From positions 1 through 27,912 of IMG/VR virus record IMGVR_UViG_3300038492_000245: a stretch of DNA of 27,912 nucleotides; one strand, given 5' to 3'. Positions 26,691-27,912 of the stretch are shown here, piece by piece (the stretch's first letter is position 1; the number at the start of each line of letters is the position of its first letter). Under the pieces are notes generated by a model. The model saw nothing but the letters and a program-made list of their open reading frames with translations. It was not told where the DNA came from and made no database searches. A program made the translations under genes and the position numbers. This stretch comes from a virus (Duplodnaviria > Caudoviricetes).

Positions 26691-27013
26691 TATCTTCTAC
26701 TGATTAAGTAAAATAACTCTGCAAGAATCACCATAAATAGTAAACTTGCTACATGAAACTCGTTCCCATTAAAGAAGCTTACAACCCCGTTTGTTAGTAA
26801 CCATAAGAGCAAAGCTACTAAGTAACTTGCGATAAGAAGTTTCCCTTTACCCCATGTGGTTAACCTTTTGTACTCAAGTCTTCGTTGTCCTGCTTTGACA
26901 TCTAGTTGAGTAAGTCGCAGTGTGTCTTTAATTGCGTCTAATTTTTTATCAAGAACAATTAGTTCTTCATAAAGTTCGAGATTGGTGTATCTCTTTTTTG
27001 CCTTTGTTGCCAT
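26690..27013 (-). CDS. Membrane protein: N-terminal coiled coil plus two C-terminal TM helices
   Basis: LLIASYLVALLLWLL and VASLLFMVILAELFYLI hydrophobic segments. Confidence 0.7.
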   Translation of the reverse strand: MATKAKKRYTNLELYEELIVLDKKLDAIKDTLRLTQLDVKAGQRRLEYKRLTTWGKGKLLIASYLVALLLWLLTNGVVSFFNGNEFHVASLLFMVILAELFYLISRR

Positions 27014-27034
27014 AAGAATAATGACTAAAGTAAT

Positions 27035-27643
27035 TTAAGCACCATGCCGTTTTTCGGCGTCGTAGTATTCATCTAAGTGTGCATCCAAATCGCTTAATAA
27101 GAATCCCGGCCAGTGTTTTGGTTCAAAGTGTATTTCGGCATGAGCACATTGCTTCATTGCAAAGTCGCTTAATCGTTTATCTCCACCTGTTCTTATTACT
27201 AAATCTATATCAGGGATTCTCTGTGAAAACTCTTTACTACCTGAGTAACCTACGAGATAGTTAACAGAGTCGTATGGTGACACACTATTCTGTTCCATAT
27301 AGTCTACATACCAGTCTATCCCAAACATACTTGATACAGCATTCTCATTACCAATCACTCTAGTTGTGTAACCTTCTTCTTTAGTTCTATCTATGATCTT
27401 TGTTATCAGTTCTTTATATATTTTTAGTTCGTCGTTTGTTCTGTTTATGATGTTCTCATAGGACAACAACCATACAGTTACCATCGGTATCTGATGAGCC
27501 TCTTTTAGATACTTCGTTATGTATAATACGTTTTCTGCCCCAATTTCATAGGCTTCCTTAGGGGTAAAATTTCTCTCTTTAGCATACCTTCGGTTCCCAT
27601 CTGGTATAAGTGCTATATGATTTAGTTTATTACTCTTAGTCAT
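27035..27643 (-). CDS. uppS: cis-prenyltransferase (undecaprenyl diphosphate synthase family)
   Basis: HIALIPDGNRRYA (catalytic Asp and P-loop), LSYENxxNR, GYSG, PDIDLVIRTGGDKRLSDF...QCAHAE, C-terminal RxG (KRHGA). Confidence 0.9.
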   Translation of the reverse strand: MTKSNKLNHIALIPDGNRRYAKERNFTPKEAYEIGAENVLYITKYLKEAHQIPMVTVWLLSYENIINRTNDELKIYKELITKIIDRTKEEGYTTRVIGNENAVSSMFGIDWYVDYMEQNSVSPYDSVNYLVGYSGSKEFSQRIPDIDLVIRTGGDKRLSDFAMKQCAHAEIHFEPKHWPGFLLSDLDAHLDEYYDAEKRHGA

Positions 27644-27652
27644 TTAACTCAA

Positions 27653-27910
27653 TTAAAAAATAGAAACTTCAACTCTTGGGTTTTCCTTATCTACAAAAAA
27701 CTCTTCTTGCCAACCCTGTATATATTTCATACTATCTCCCTCAATAACCCCCCCCATTTGTAGTCCGTCTAATACATACTTTTTCGCGAATGCTACATTA
27801 TCTGGGTCTTTTCGTTTATTTTTAAGGTACCATCTGAATGCTAACCGTATTGGGTACTTTTCAATTTGTTCCATTTTGGAACATTGATACGCCACAAGTT
27901 CGGTGTATCT
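27653..27910 (-). CDS. rusA: RusA-family Holliday junction resolvase, 5'-truncated
   Basis: KDPDN...K.VLDGL...VIEGDS and PRVEV motifs; frame open to the window edge. Confidence 0.85.
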   Translation of the reverse strand, partial: RYTELVAYQCSKMEQIEKYPIRLAFRWYLKNKRKDPDNVAFAKKYVLDGLQMGGVIEGDSMKYIQGWQEEFFVDKENPRVEVSIF

Positions 27911-27912
27911 TT

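Noticed and set aside
26526-27013. Holin/lysis cassette
   Set aside because: Small TM proteins are holin-sized, but no endolysin is adjacent and the context is not the late module; unsupported though not excluded
394-27264. Plus-strand ORFs in the track (e.g. 3457..3807, 10004..10345, 14058..14450, 24638..25066)
   Set aside because: They lie antisense to longer, motif-bearing minus-strand genes and have shadow-frame composition
1-27912. Alternative genetic code (TAG or TGA recoding)
   Set aside because: Long genes are intact in code 11; TAG and TGA end genes at sensible boundaries, including ATGA overlaps
1-27912. CRISPR array, integrase/att site, introns or inteins
   Set aside because: No regularly spaced repeats, recombinase motifs, or interruptions in terL, portal or capsid were seen

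Overview
A fragment of a tailed dsDNA phage genome with podovirus-like (P22/T7-type) architecture. All credible genes lie on the minus strand. In transcription order (high to low coordinates): a truncated RusA-like resolvase; a compact UppS-like cis-prenyltransferase followed by three small membrane proteins; several tiny ORFs (Zn-binding, HExxH); an initiator-like tRNA-Met(CAU) with its own near-consensus sigma70 promoter; small and large terminase, portal, scaffolding, decoration and major capsid proteins; a beta-helix protein; head-tail adaptor, nozzle, four putative ejection proteins, and tail fibre/receptor-binding proteins. No integrase, lysis or replication genes are recognisable. Bases 1-17 are a random-PCR (Round A/B) primer artefact. 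The most interesting observations are a set of RNA structures in the head module (a 23-bp stem with loop-downstream pairing before the scaffolding gene, an intrinsic terminator before the capsid genes, and a compact H-type pseudoknot after the capsid stop), the phage-borne prenyltransferase/membrane cluster, and mostly SD-less initiation combined with sigma70 promoters. All assignments come from motifs and gene order read by eye; no database searches were run.
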